46,945 bases of DNA, from the NCBI GenBank assembly GCA_029564175.1, contig JAKQQL010000236.1, positions 1-46,945 of the forward strand, read 5' to 3'. The translations under genes were made by a program, and so were the position numbers. Source of the DNA: Candidatus Cloacimonadota bacterium (GTDB lineage Bacteria; Cloacimonadota; Cloacimonadia; Cloacimonadales; WRIO01). Below are positions 1 through 6,596 of the stretch, piece after piece. Numbering within the stretch: position 1 is the first letter of the stretch; the number at the start of each line of letters is the position of its first letter. Under the pieces are notes generated by a model. It worked only from the letters and a program-made list of their open reading frames with translations. It was not told the origin of the DNA and did not search any database.

Positions 1-46
1 TGACATCGACTTCAACAACAAACATATAAGAAGTGTTAATAGTCAT
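1..46 (-). CDS. 5' part of a hypothetical protein running off the window (MTINTSYMFVVEVDV...)
   Basis: ATG at 46-44, AAAGGA RBS upstream, sigma70 promoter at 92-120. Confidence 0.5.
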   Translation of the reverse strand, partial: MTINTSYMFVVEVDV

Positions 47-91
47 GATATTCATCCTTTCTGAATTTAAATATCTTTCCTATCTAAGACA

Positions 92-120
92 AGTATATCA
101 TATCAGAAGTGGATTGTCAA
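92..120 (-). promoter_or_regulatory. sigma70-type promoter TTGACA-N17-TATACT
   Basis: consensus hexamers with 17-nt spacer and extended TG. Confidence 0.8.
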
Positions 121-128
121 GCCTTAAC

Positions 129-184
129 AAATTTATGAAAAGATTTAATATTGAAAGAGACAAAACGAAGAAATTCCAGTAAAT
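129..184 (+). repeat. ~55-nt dispersed repeat, copy 1 (TTTATGAAAARATTTAATATTGAAAGAGA...GAAATTYCAGTAAAT)
   Basis: near-identical to 429-485 and 3071-3130. Confidence 0.85.
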
Positions 185-257
185 GGCAGGGATATCTTGA
201 ATTTAACAAGAATCTAAAGCTCCAAAGGCTTTCGTTTTACCATTAAACTATATCCCT
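184..257 (-). tRNA. tRNA-Gln(UUG), encoded CCA, atypical T-loop TTAAATT
   Basis: AGGGATA/TATCCCT acceptor, GTTT/AAAC D-stem, AAAGC-CTTTGGA-GCTTT anticodon arm, TCTTG/CAAGA T-stem, G-CCA end. Confidence 0.85.
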
Positions 258-339
258 ATTTTATTAATCATGGTAAATATTGTTCATTTTCTGAAAAAAT
301 TTACCAAATAAACTAATCTTCCATTTTAAATATTGATAC

Positions 340-414
340 TGGTGCCCTCATCCAAACCCGCCTTGGAACCTCTTGGGCTTCAACCAAGCGCTCTACTAAT
401 TGAGCTATGAGGAC
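340..414 (-). tRNA. tRNA-Phe(GAA), encoded CCA, atypical T-loop GGCGGGT, D-loop without GG
   Basis: GTCCTCA/TGAGGGC acceptor, GCTC/GAGC D-stem, CTTGG-TTGAAGC-CCAAG anticodon arm, TCCAA/TTGGA T-stem, A-CCA end. Confidence 0.8.
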
Positions 415-428
415 ATTTAAAAAATAAC

Positions 429-485
429 TTTATGAAAAAATTTAATATTGAAAGAGACACCAAAAAGAAATTTCAGTAAATCATT
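429..485 (+). repeat. ~55-nt dispersed repeat, copy 2
   Basis: near-identical to 129-184 and 3071-3130. Confidence 0.85.
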
Positions 486-489
486 ATAA

Positions 490-580
490 TGGCACCACGG
501 ACAGGGCTCGAACCTGCAAACGCTGTTTCCAATTACGGTGTTTTAAGCGCGGGATTAGAAGTCCCGACCGATACCGCGGT
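490..580 (-). tRNA. non-canonical tRNA-Arg(UCU)-like RNA with no D-arm at the normal position and a long pseudoknotted variable region
   Basis: ACCGCGG/CCGTGGT acceptor, CGGGA-CTTCTAA-TCCCG anticodon arm, GCAGG-TTCGAGC-CCTGT T-arm, G-CCA end. Confidence 0.75.
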
Positions 581-601
581 ATTTTAGGTAATTTCATTTC
601 C

Positions 602-655
602 GATTCAAACCAAAACCATTAAGGGCTTTGCTCTATCCAGTTGAGCTATAGACGG
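602..655 (-). pseudogene. truncated tRNA (Arg-type D-arm, 6-nt anticodon loop, no 3' acceptor strand)
   Basis: CCGTCTA-TA-GCTCAACTGGATAGAGC-A-AAGCC-CTTAAT-GGTTT then GGTTTGAATC; no TAGACGG or CCA follows. Confidence 0.6.
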
Positions 656-757
656 AATATTAAAGAAATTTGAACATGTTTCCGAAAAGGATTGAATTAT
701 TAAATGGTTTATCAATCATTTTAGAGAACCCTTTTCGTTCGGCTCAAATTGTATTAA

Positions 758-852
758 TGGTGGGGGAGCAAGGAATTTAACCTTTTCGGCACACACTCTT
801 CGATTATTTTATTTGCCATCTGGTTTACAGCCAGAAGAAGAGAAACTCCCCC
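758..852 (-). tRNA. non-canonical tRNA-Tyr(GUA)-like RNA with no D-arm at the normal position and a long pseudoknotted variable region
   Basis: GGGGGAG/CTCCCCC acceptor, TCTGG-CTGTAAA-CCAGA anticodon arm, AAGG-TTAAATT-CCTT T-arm, A-CCA end. Confidence 0.75.
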
Positions 853-945
853 GATTTTTTCATTGATGATACTAATTTGTAGTTATAGTACTAAGTTGAT
901 TTTTGGGGAAGTGGTGTGAACAACCTCCCCCCACCTACAAGAACC

Positions 946-974
946 ATTATACCACAAGTCGACCAATCTGTCAA
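946..974 (-). promoter_or_regulatory. sigma70 promoter TTGACA-N17-TATAAT driving the tRNA cluster
   Basis: perfect consensus hexamers. Confidence 0.85.
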
Positions 975-1723
975 GCACGAGTTTTTGAGAACCATGGTTC
1001 AATTAATTTCTCTAATCTGAACAAAAGATTTTCTGTTGGTGTAGCAAAAACATTTTCTTTCTGACTTTCAATACAAGATTGATTTAGTTCATCAAGTTTT
1101 GAAAGACCTTTCTTATTTTTTAAAATATAATATTCACCATCCAACAAAGAAACAAATATTTGATCCTTGTTATCATTTTTAATGGCATGTGTCAAAAATG
1201 TTCTTATGTCATTACATTGATTATCCTGAGCTCCACCGACAGATTTTGTATATTTATGCATCAAATATACTCTTTTTTGCCCAATATTAATCTGAAAATC
1301 AATAGACTTAATTGATTTAAGTTCCAAATTTTTCTGTTTCTCATCCTCTTCCATTTGTTTCTTTTCATCAAATGTTAAAATTTTTCCCTCAAAACAATAC
1401 AAACTCCCACTACTATTTGATGGCAGTTTTTCAATTGTCCAACCATATTTCAAAAGAGTGTCTTCTAAACCTTTAAAACAATTTTTTCATGAATAGATTG
1501 TTTTGATGGGTCTTTAGCAAAGAAAGATGCTGTTATTGGATATGGTTCTTTTAAAATTTGATCAATAACTTCTTGAAAATTCAATCCATTTATTTCCGAA
1601 TACCTTTGAATCTTTTCAATCAATTTCTTATCTTTATTCTGAACATCTTTTTTAACTTGATTGTTATTTAACATTTTCTGATTTTTTTGAAATTAATTCA
1701 TAATCTATGAAAATTTTTTCCAT
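971..1723 (-). pseudogene. putative type II restriction endonuclease (PD-(D/E)xK-like) split by two single-base frameshifts
   Basis: ATG overlaps the MTase stop (TAATG); fragments 1465-1674 and 971-1453 join by indels near the A7 (1682-1688) and A6 (1482-1487) tracts; IDF...KYT...GGAQDNQ motif. Confidence 0.55.
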
Positions 1724-2706
1724 TATTTATCTCCTAAACAACACCGAATGATTTGATTAGCAATATCAAATGACAAACGGCGCCTATATTTCCCATCTTG
1801 CCTTAACCCTTTAAAAGAAGTCAAAAAAACATCTCCGGTTTCTTTTCTCCATTTGTTTAAGAGATTATTCATTTTATCAATATCGACTTGTTTAACTTCC
1901 CTATCAATCAAAATTTTCGTAATACTTCTACTACTCACTTTTATTTTGTTATTTTCAATTTCATTTCCCAATACAAATCTAATACTATCTTCTTTTGTTG
2001 AATCAATAGCATACAGTCCAATATTTCCATCTGGAACATTAAACTTAATTTTATTTGATTTTTTCACATTCAAAATACTTTCAGAAATTTTAACAAGATT
2101 TTGATATGTATTAAGATAATCATTACCAATATAGATTTTGAAATCTTTTTTCATTTTAAATTTATTTGAACCATTGAACATTGCTAAACAAACAGGACAG
2201 TCTGTATCTTCAAAAATTTGTTCATTCAAGGATGCAATTGAAAAAAGTCGTTCATGAAATAATCCAGAAGTTATGAAACTTTCTGGAATAATCACACAAA
2301 CAAATTCTGAATTTTTTAACATGATAGAAAGACATTCTAAATACAAATCATTGTATTTTTTATTCTCATAATCTAACTTTAAACGGGTAGAAGAATTTTT
2401 TGCCAAATATGGTGGATTGGTTATAACAACACAGTCTTTATATTTTGGAAAGTTTTTAATTGAATCATTTTGAATCACATTTTCATTTTCAGGAACAATG
2501 TCAAAACATTGGTATTTATTTTTGATACCAATTTCTTGAAGAAAATAAATTAAATCCATATTTCCAGCAAAAGGTTCTAATATCAATCTATCTTCAAAAT
2601 TTGGAATTTGAGATATCCATTCTTGAAAAGGAAGATATTTGAAAACATTTATTTTCGTAAAAAATTTCCCTAGTTGTTTTTTCAAAAGAAAAACTCCCTT
2701 TGCCAA
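1723..2706 (-). CDS. N6-adenine DNA methyltransferase (gamma-type motif order)
   Basis: EPFAGNMD SAM-binding motif followed by ITNPPY catalytic motif. Confidence 0.85.
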   Translation of the reverse strand: MAKGVFLLKKQLGKFFTKINVFKYLPFQEWISQIPNFEDRLILEPFAGNMDLIYFLQEIGIKNKYQCFDIVPENENVIQNDSIKNFPKYKDCVVITNPPYLAKNSSTRLKLDYENKKYNDLYLECLSIMLKNSEFVCVIIPESFITSGLFHERLFSIASLNEQIFEDTDCPVCLAMFNGSNKFKMKKDFKIYIGNDYLNTYQNLVKISESILNVKKSNKIKFNVPDGNIGLYAIDSTKEDSIRFVLGNEIENNKIKVSSRSITKILIDREVKQVDIDKMNNLLNKWRKETGDVFLTSFKGLRQDGKYRRRLSFDIANQIIRCCLGDK

Positions 2707-2709
2707 AAA

Positions 2710-2802
2710 TCATCCTTTCATCAAAAGAAAACTCAAATATGACCACCAAAGAAAAGTTGCCAACCAAAGAATTCGAAAGGTGAAAATGGAAATCTTATTC
2801 AT
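2710..2802 (-). CDS. 30-aa hydrophobic peptide MNKISIFTFRILWLATFLWWSYLSFLLMKG
   Basis: ATG with AAAGGGGG RBS; stop abuts the MTase start; below the ORF-track cut-off. Confidence 0.5.
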   Translation of the reverse strand: MNKISIFTFRILWLATFLWWSYLSFLLMKG

Positions 2803-2847
2803 TGGCAATTCCCCCTTTCAATCATCTGATAGTGTTAATTTGGATAG

Positions 2848-2893
2848 TGGTGCGATCTTTTACCGAGAGAAGACCGGCAGACTGGGAGACCGC
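2848..2893 (-). ncRNA. 46-nt armless tRNA-like element ending ACCA
   Basis: GCGGTCT/AGATCGC 7-bp stem plus ACCA; inner hairpin GCCGG-TCTTCTC-TCGGT. Confidence 0.35.
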
Positions 2894-2941
2894 TCAAACC
2901 AGTTTTTTGTTGACATATATCATTTAAAAGGTTATACCTTA

Positions 2942-3124
2942 TTAAATAAGGGATTTGGAAATGAAGTTGATAGAATTATTGAATTAGTTCGTTCAGAATA
3001 TTGGGATAGCAAATTATCGTTGCCACAAATTGCTAAAAAATATGGTTTTGATTCCCATTCAAATGTTTATAAATTTATGAAAAAATTTAATATTGAAAGA
3101 GATAGAACGAAGAAATTCCAGTAA
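2942..3124 (+). pseudogene. remnant of an HTH-like domain, possibly the tail of a tRNA-associated homing endonuclease gene
   Basis: LSLPQIAKKYGFDSHSNVYKFMKKFNIE helix-turn-helix-like text; its 3' end equals the dispersed repeat. Confidence 0.35.
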
Positions 3125-3130
3125 ATCATT
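3071..3130 (+). repeat. ~55-nt dispersed repeat, copy 3
   Basis: near-identical to 129-184 and 429-485. Confidence 0.85.
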
Positions 3131-3135
3131 AATGA

Positions 3136-3205
3136 TGGAATCGGGACATTGCCCCGATTCCAGTGTTTTAAACGTGGGATTAGAAGTCCCTGCCAACACC
3201 ACGGC
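3136..3205 (-). ncRNA. diverged 5' half of the rewired tRNA-Arg(UCU) fused to a 12-bp hairpin ending CCA
   Basis: GCCGTGGTGTTGGCAGGGACTTCTAATCCCACGTTTAAAACAC aligns with 538-580; followed by TGGAATCGGGGC-AAT-GTCCCGATTCCA. Confidence 0.55.
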
Positions 3206-3239
3206 ATTTCTCAAAAACTCTCTCTCATCCGACAAATTG

Positions 3240-3268
3240 AGTATACCATATCTTGATTCACTTGGCAA
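3240..3268 (-). promoter_or_regulatory. sigma70 promoter TTGCCA-N17-TATACT
   Basis: matches the promoter motif repeated across the window. Confidence 0.8.
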
Positions 3269-3277
3269 GCACCCTAT

Positions 3278-3451
3278 CTAACTTTCCTCCAACCTTGAAA
3301 GAATTTCTTCATTCATATCCTCAAGTTTATTCATAAGGTCTTCTTTCAATTCCTCATAATCTTCACCCTCAACAGTAATTTCAAAATTATAAGAAGAAAA
3401 ATTTACTCCGGGAACTGGCAATTTGTATCCAGCACTTAAAATATATTTCAT
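3278..3451 (-). CDS. hypothetical protein
   Basis: ORF with GAGGA RBS before MKYILSAG. Confidence 0.6.
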   Translation of the reverse strand: MKYILSAGYKLPVPGVNFSSYNFEITVEGEDYEELKEDLMNKLEDMNEEILSRLEES

Positions 3452-3453
3452 TT

Positions 3454-3720
3454 TTATTCTTCCTCTTTTGAAAGTTTCTTTCCACAAATAGGACAATATG
3501 CAACCACAAAAGTAATAGGCACTTCCTGATCTGTATGTTCATCCAAAGAATCTACAACTTCACCATAACCAGCAAGAATTGAAATTACATTATTTTCAGG
3601 ATTGAAAAAGAAAGTATTAGCATTGATTCGAATGAACTTGGCATTTCCATTCTGATCAACATTTTCAATACAACCACAAATCAATTCCTTAAATTTATCA
3701 CAACAAAATTCATATTCCAT
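3454..3720 (-). CDS. hypothetical Zn-binding phage protein
   Basis: N-terminal CC and C-terminal YCPICGKKL. Confidence 0.7.
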   Translation of the reverse strand: MEYEFCCDKFKELICGCIENVDQNGNAKFIRINANTFFFNPENNVISILAGYGEVVDSLDEHTDQEVPITFVVAYCPICGKKLSKEEE

Positions 3721-3722
3721 TC

Positions 3723-4046
3723 TTAATGCCCCCTATTTAAAACCTCTTCAATTGTAGGATTATCAAAATACAAATCCCGTTCAATCTTCAAACCAAATGG
3801 GCCATTTACACTTTCCAATTCTGAAAGAAGAAAATAACCAAATTCTTTTTCATGTCCAAAGACCAAACCATAAAAACGCCAATCACCATCTTCAAGTTTT
3901 TGTCCTTCTACAGCGAACCAAGTCCATGGACTTATCCAAGGTGCAAAAAACTTAACAATTACTTTCTTTTGAAAAACTGACTCAATTTTATCATTGGAAT
4001 TTTTCAGGAACTTCTTTTCAATGGCCTTGGTCATTAACTTCATCAT
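3723..4046 (-). CDS. DUF2958 family protein
   Basis: KFFAPW...WTWF...FYGLVFGHEKEFGYFLLSELE...GLKIERDLYF. Confidence 0.85.
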   Translation of the reverse strand: MMKLMTKAIEKKFLKNSNDKIESVFQKKVIVKFFAPWISPWTWFAVEGQKLEDGDWRFYGLVFGHEKEFGYFLLSELESVNGPFGLKIERDLYFDNPTIEEVLNRGH

Positions 4047-4085
4047 GAATCGCCTCCCCGAAAGTTGTCTCAACCTCACAAGAAG

Positions 4086-4114
4086 AGTATATCACGAATC
4101 AAATTGCCTGTCAA
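4086..4114 (-). promoter_or_regulatory. sigma70 promoter TTGACA-N17-TATACT
   Basis: consensus hexamers. Confidence 0.8.
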
Positions 4115-4118
4115 GCTA

Positions 4119-4496
4119 TTAAATAGGCCAGTCAAAATCATCAAAAGAAGTTTTCGGTTCTTCAAATACCATTGAATACCATTCTGAACATACAGAATTT
4201 AAATGTTTTGCCATTTTATCTACTTCGTATTCCTCAATCATTTCTTTCTGATTCATATCCTGAATCTTCTTATTTCTCAAAATCTTCGACTGTTCCCAAA
4301 GAGAGGCATCAATATCCTTTTTGTTTCCAAAGATAGAATGATTCTTACGAAGTTTGCCCATAGCTTTCATGCAAGAATAATTAAATTCAAATTTACCATC
4401 TTCAAAATTCAAGACATCTGTATTAACCCAATAATACAGATTCTTAATTCGATTCTTCATAATCGTTTCGGCTTCCAGAATATTCTTCCCGATCAT
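4119..4496 (-). CDS. hypothetical protein
   Basis: ORF with GGGAGG RBS and its own promoter at about 4527-4555. Confidence 0.7.
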   Translation of the reverse strand: MIGKNILEAETIMKNRIKNLYYWVNTDVLNFEDGKFEFNYSCMKAMGKLRKNHSIFGNKKDIDASLWEQSKILRNKKIQDMNQKEMIEEYEVDKMAKHLNSVCSEWYSMVFEEPKTSFDDFDWPI

Positions 4497-4626
4497 ATTC
4501 AAGACCTCCCTCGGCAAGATAAGTCTATGATACCACAGATTTTAAATCGTGTCAAGCCTTCACAAAATCCTCAAGACTGGCATCATTTAAAAGTTTTTCA
4601 AATTTGTTTGAAACATCCTGAATCAT

Positions 4627-4893
4627 TTGATACTCTCATCCTAAAGGAATGAGATTCTTAAAAAGTTTGGTTTCTACAAAACCCTTATTTTTAATGGGTA
4701 TACCAAAATACCCTTTATCTGGTCAGGTAAAATACCAATTCCAGTTGCTTTAAACGAACCTGAATTAATTATTAATATTTTGATATTAATTAAATTTGTG
4801 TGTTTGAAACCCTACCAATTGGTAGTCTTAATATCAAATAATTAACTCACTTTTATCTACCACCTGATGGTAGTTTTCCCGCTCGCTAAAATT
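4627..4893 (-). mobile_element. non-autonomous IS200/IS605 mini-element (left end + internal hairpin + omega-RNA/right end), inserted after ATTAT
   Basis: 267 bp; homologous to 22644-22981, 34850-35120 and the ends of 32148-33520; ends in TCAA. Confidence 0.9.
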
Positions 4894-4993
4894 ATAATTC
4901 ATTCAGTTCCATATTTTCCAAAGCAAGATTTTCATTCTCTTCGATAAGTGCCTGTAGTTTTTCTTCTAGTTGTTTCACTGTAGGTTTTTTCAT
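4894..4993 (-). pseudogene. 5' part of a small coiled-coil gene (MKKPTVKQLEEKLQ...) interrupted by the mini-element
   Basis: AAGGAGGT RBS and ATG at 4993; frame stops at the element boundary. Confidence 0.55.
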
Positions 4994-5023
4994 AAATCAA
5001 AAACCTCCTTATTTAAAATATTG

Positions 5024-5053
5024 AAAAAGGGAGAACTTTTCAATTCTCCCTTT
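5024..5053. terminator. intrinsic terminator hairpin AAAGGGAGAA/TTCTCCCTTT
   Basis: inverted repeat with A/T tails after 5058..5678. Confidence 0.7.
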
Positions 5054-5057
5054 AACT

Positions 5058-5678
5058 TTATTTATTCCAAGAAAACAATTTCAAACCACAAGCTGTAAGA
5101 CCCATTGCAACAGCACTATTCTTTACATCAGTAAACCAAACAGATTCAAAAACAAACCTCTTCTTCTTAATTGTAGAAAAGCCACCTTCAATATCTTCTT
5201 TCCTAATTCCAACATGATTACCAAGAGGAACCTTATTGCCAGTTGAATAAAGAAGATATACCGTTTGACCATCTGAAAAAATTACAGCGTCCTGTTCCCA
5301 CTTCTTACAAAGTGTAGAAGCAATCTCTTCCATTTTTTCAGGATCAATTGTTTCCCCTGTAAAAGTCTTTCCAATAACAAAGAAAGAATTTTCAGTAGAA
5401 TCTACTCCATTTTCTACCCAATGGCCAACCATTTTAATTGCACCAAGTTGATATGACTTAAAATCTTTCAACAGTTGTTCATTACGTTCAAGATTCTCAT
5501 TCTTAGAAAGAGTATAACGATATGCAGACATAGTAAGAAAAGGAATTCCACTTTCCACATGTTGCAGAATTCTAGACATACCTGCACCAGCTTCAATTAC
5601 TTTAAAAAATCCTTCATGTTCAAACAAAGGTTCGTGAAACTTATCCAACGTGTTCATACTGTGCACACTCCTTCCCAT
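5058..5678 (-). CDS. phage hypothetical protein; true start probably TTG at 5793 via one indel
   Basis: 206-aa ORF; frame stays open upstream to about 5770; GGAGG RBS precedes 5793. Confidence 0.7.
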   Translation of the reverse strand: MGRSVHSMNTLDKFHEPLFEHEGFFKVIEAGAGMSRILQHVESGIPFLTMSAYRYTLSKNENLERNEQLLKDFKSYQLGAIKMVGHWVENGVDSTENSFFVIGKTFTGETIDPEKMEEIASTLCKKWEQDAVIFSDGQTVYLLYSTGNKVPLGNHVGIRKEDIEGGFSTIKKKRFVFESVWFTDVKNSAVAMGLTACGLKLFSWNK

Positions 5679-5852
5679 TTCTAAATCCTCTATTATAGAC
5701 TTTGCTAATACCTTTTTAATTTCATCTTTTGCAAATTCTTTATCCTCATTATTTAAAACAATGTCTAAATATTACATCAGAATCAGTTTTCAATATTGAT
5801 TCCTCCAAAGTTTAATTTGGGCCAAGGATTTAACTGGCCCATTTCATATTAT

Positions 5853-6521
5853 TTAAAGTGCCTTCACAACAAAAGTGAGGTCTTCTTTACTTTCATCCAG
5901 ACTGACAATTACATACTTTGTTCCATTCTTTGCAACCATCTTGGAACCAATCTTGCTAGTATTCATTGTAATGGGATTCTTAAAAACACGTTCCTCAACA
6001 ACATATCCTTCTTCATTTTCAAAAACAACTTTAGAAACTTCATATGTCTTACCAAAACCATAATCGGTAATGGCAAATGTCTTTCCTTCCGAAGTCATTG
6101 CCTTGGCAGAAGACTTTTTATTGGTCTTTTTGTACACTTTTTTAGGATTCTTTTCTTCACGTTCCTTAGCACGTTTAGCCTTTTCCTCTTCACTAAGAGC
6201 AGGACGCCCACGTTTCCCCTTCACAGGGTTTCCATTTTCATCCAACTTAACTACTTTTTCTTTCTTAGGAACAGGATTGCCATTGGCATCTTTCTTAGAA
6301 GGACGACCGGGCTTTTTCTTAATAGGTTCACCATTTTCATCCTTCTGAACCTCAACAACTTTCTTTGGACGACCAGGCTTTTTCTTTTCAACTTCACCAG
6401 TTTCAGGATTTACAACCTTCTTAGCCTCTTCACGTTCCTTAGCACGACGAGCCTTTTCCTCTTCACTAAGAGCAGGACGCCCACGTTTCTTTGCCACGAC
6501 AGTTTCATTTACCTTTTCCAT
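5853..6521 (-). CDS. basic AT-hook repeat (HMGA/histone-like) DNA-binding protein
   Basis: four GRP cores (KKRGRP, KKPGRPKK, KKPGRPSK, GKRGRP); promoter at 6576-6604. Confidence 0.75.
   Translation of the reverse strand: MEKVNETVVAKKRGRPALSEEEKARRAKEREEAKKVVNPETGEVEKKKPGRPKKVVEVQKDENGEPIKKKPGRPSKKDANGNPVPKKEKVVKLDENGNPVKGKRGRPALSEEEKAKRAKEREEKNPKKVYKKTNKKSSAKAMTSEGKTFAITDYGFGKTYEVSKVVFENEEGYVVEERVFKNPITMNTSKIGSKMVAKNGTKYVIVSLDESKEDLTFVVKAL
6154..6489. repeat. 63-bp intragenic direct repeat (6154-6216 and 6427-6489)
   Basis: identical except 3 nt; encodes KRGRPALSEEEKA(R/K)RAKEREE twice. Confidence 0.9.
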
Positions 6522-6596
6522 TTTTCATTCCCCTTTGTTTTTGAAGTTTGTCGGGTTTCCCTCACCGACAAAACCAGTATACCACGAATCCCCATT

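Noticed and set aside
602..655. Ochre (UUA) suppressor explaining the in-frame TAA in tnpB and at 31680
   Set aside because: The gene lacks a 3' acceptor strand and a 7-nt loop, and TAA is the normal stop of many genes here
2848..2908. HDV-like or theta ribozyme near the tRNA cluster
   Set aside because: P1.1, the J4/2 catalytic C context and a P2 partner were not found
2639..2940. N-terminal part of ORF 2639..3124
   Set aside because: Overlaps the MTase start, the small peptide gene and structured RNA elements on the other strand; only the last ~60 codons look protein-like
129..3130. CRISPR array from the 55-nt repeats or the GTTTGAAAC motif in the mini-elements
   Set aside because: Repeats are dispersed, not regularly spaced, and no cas genes are present
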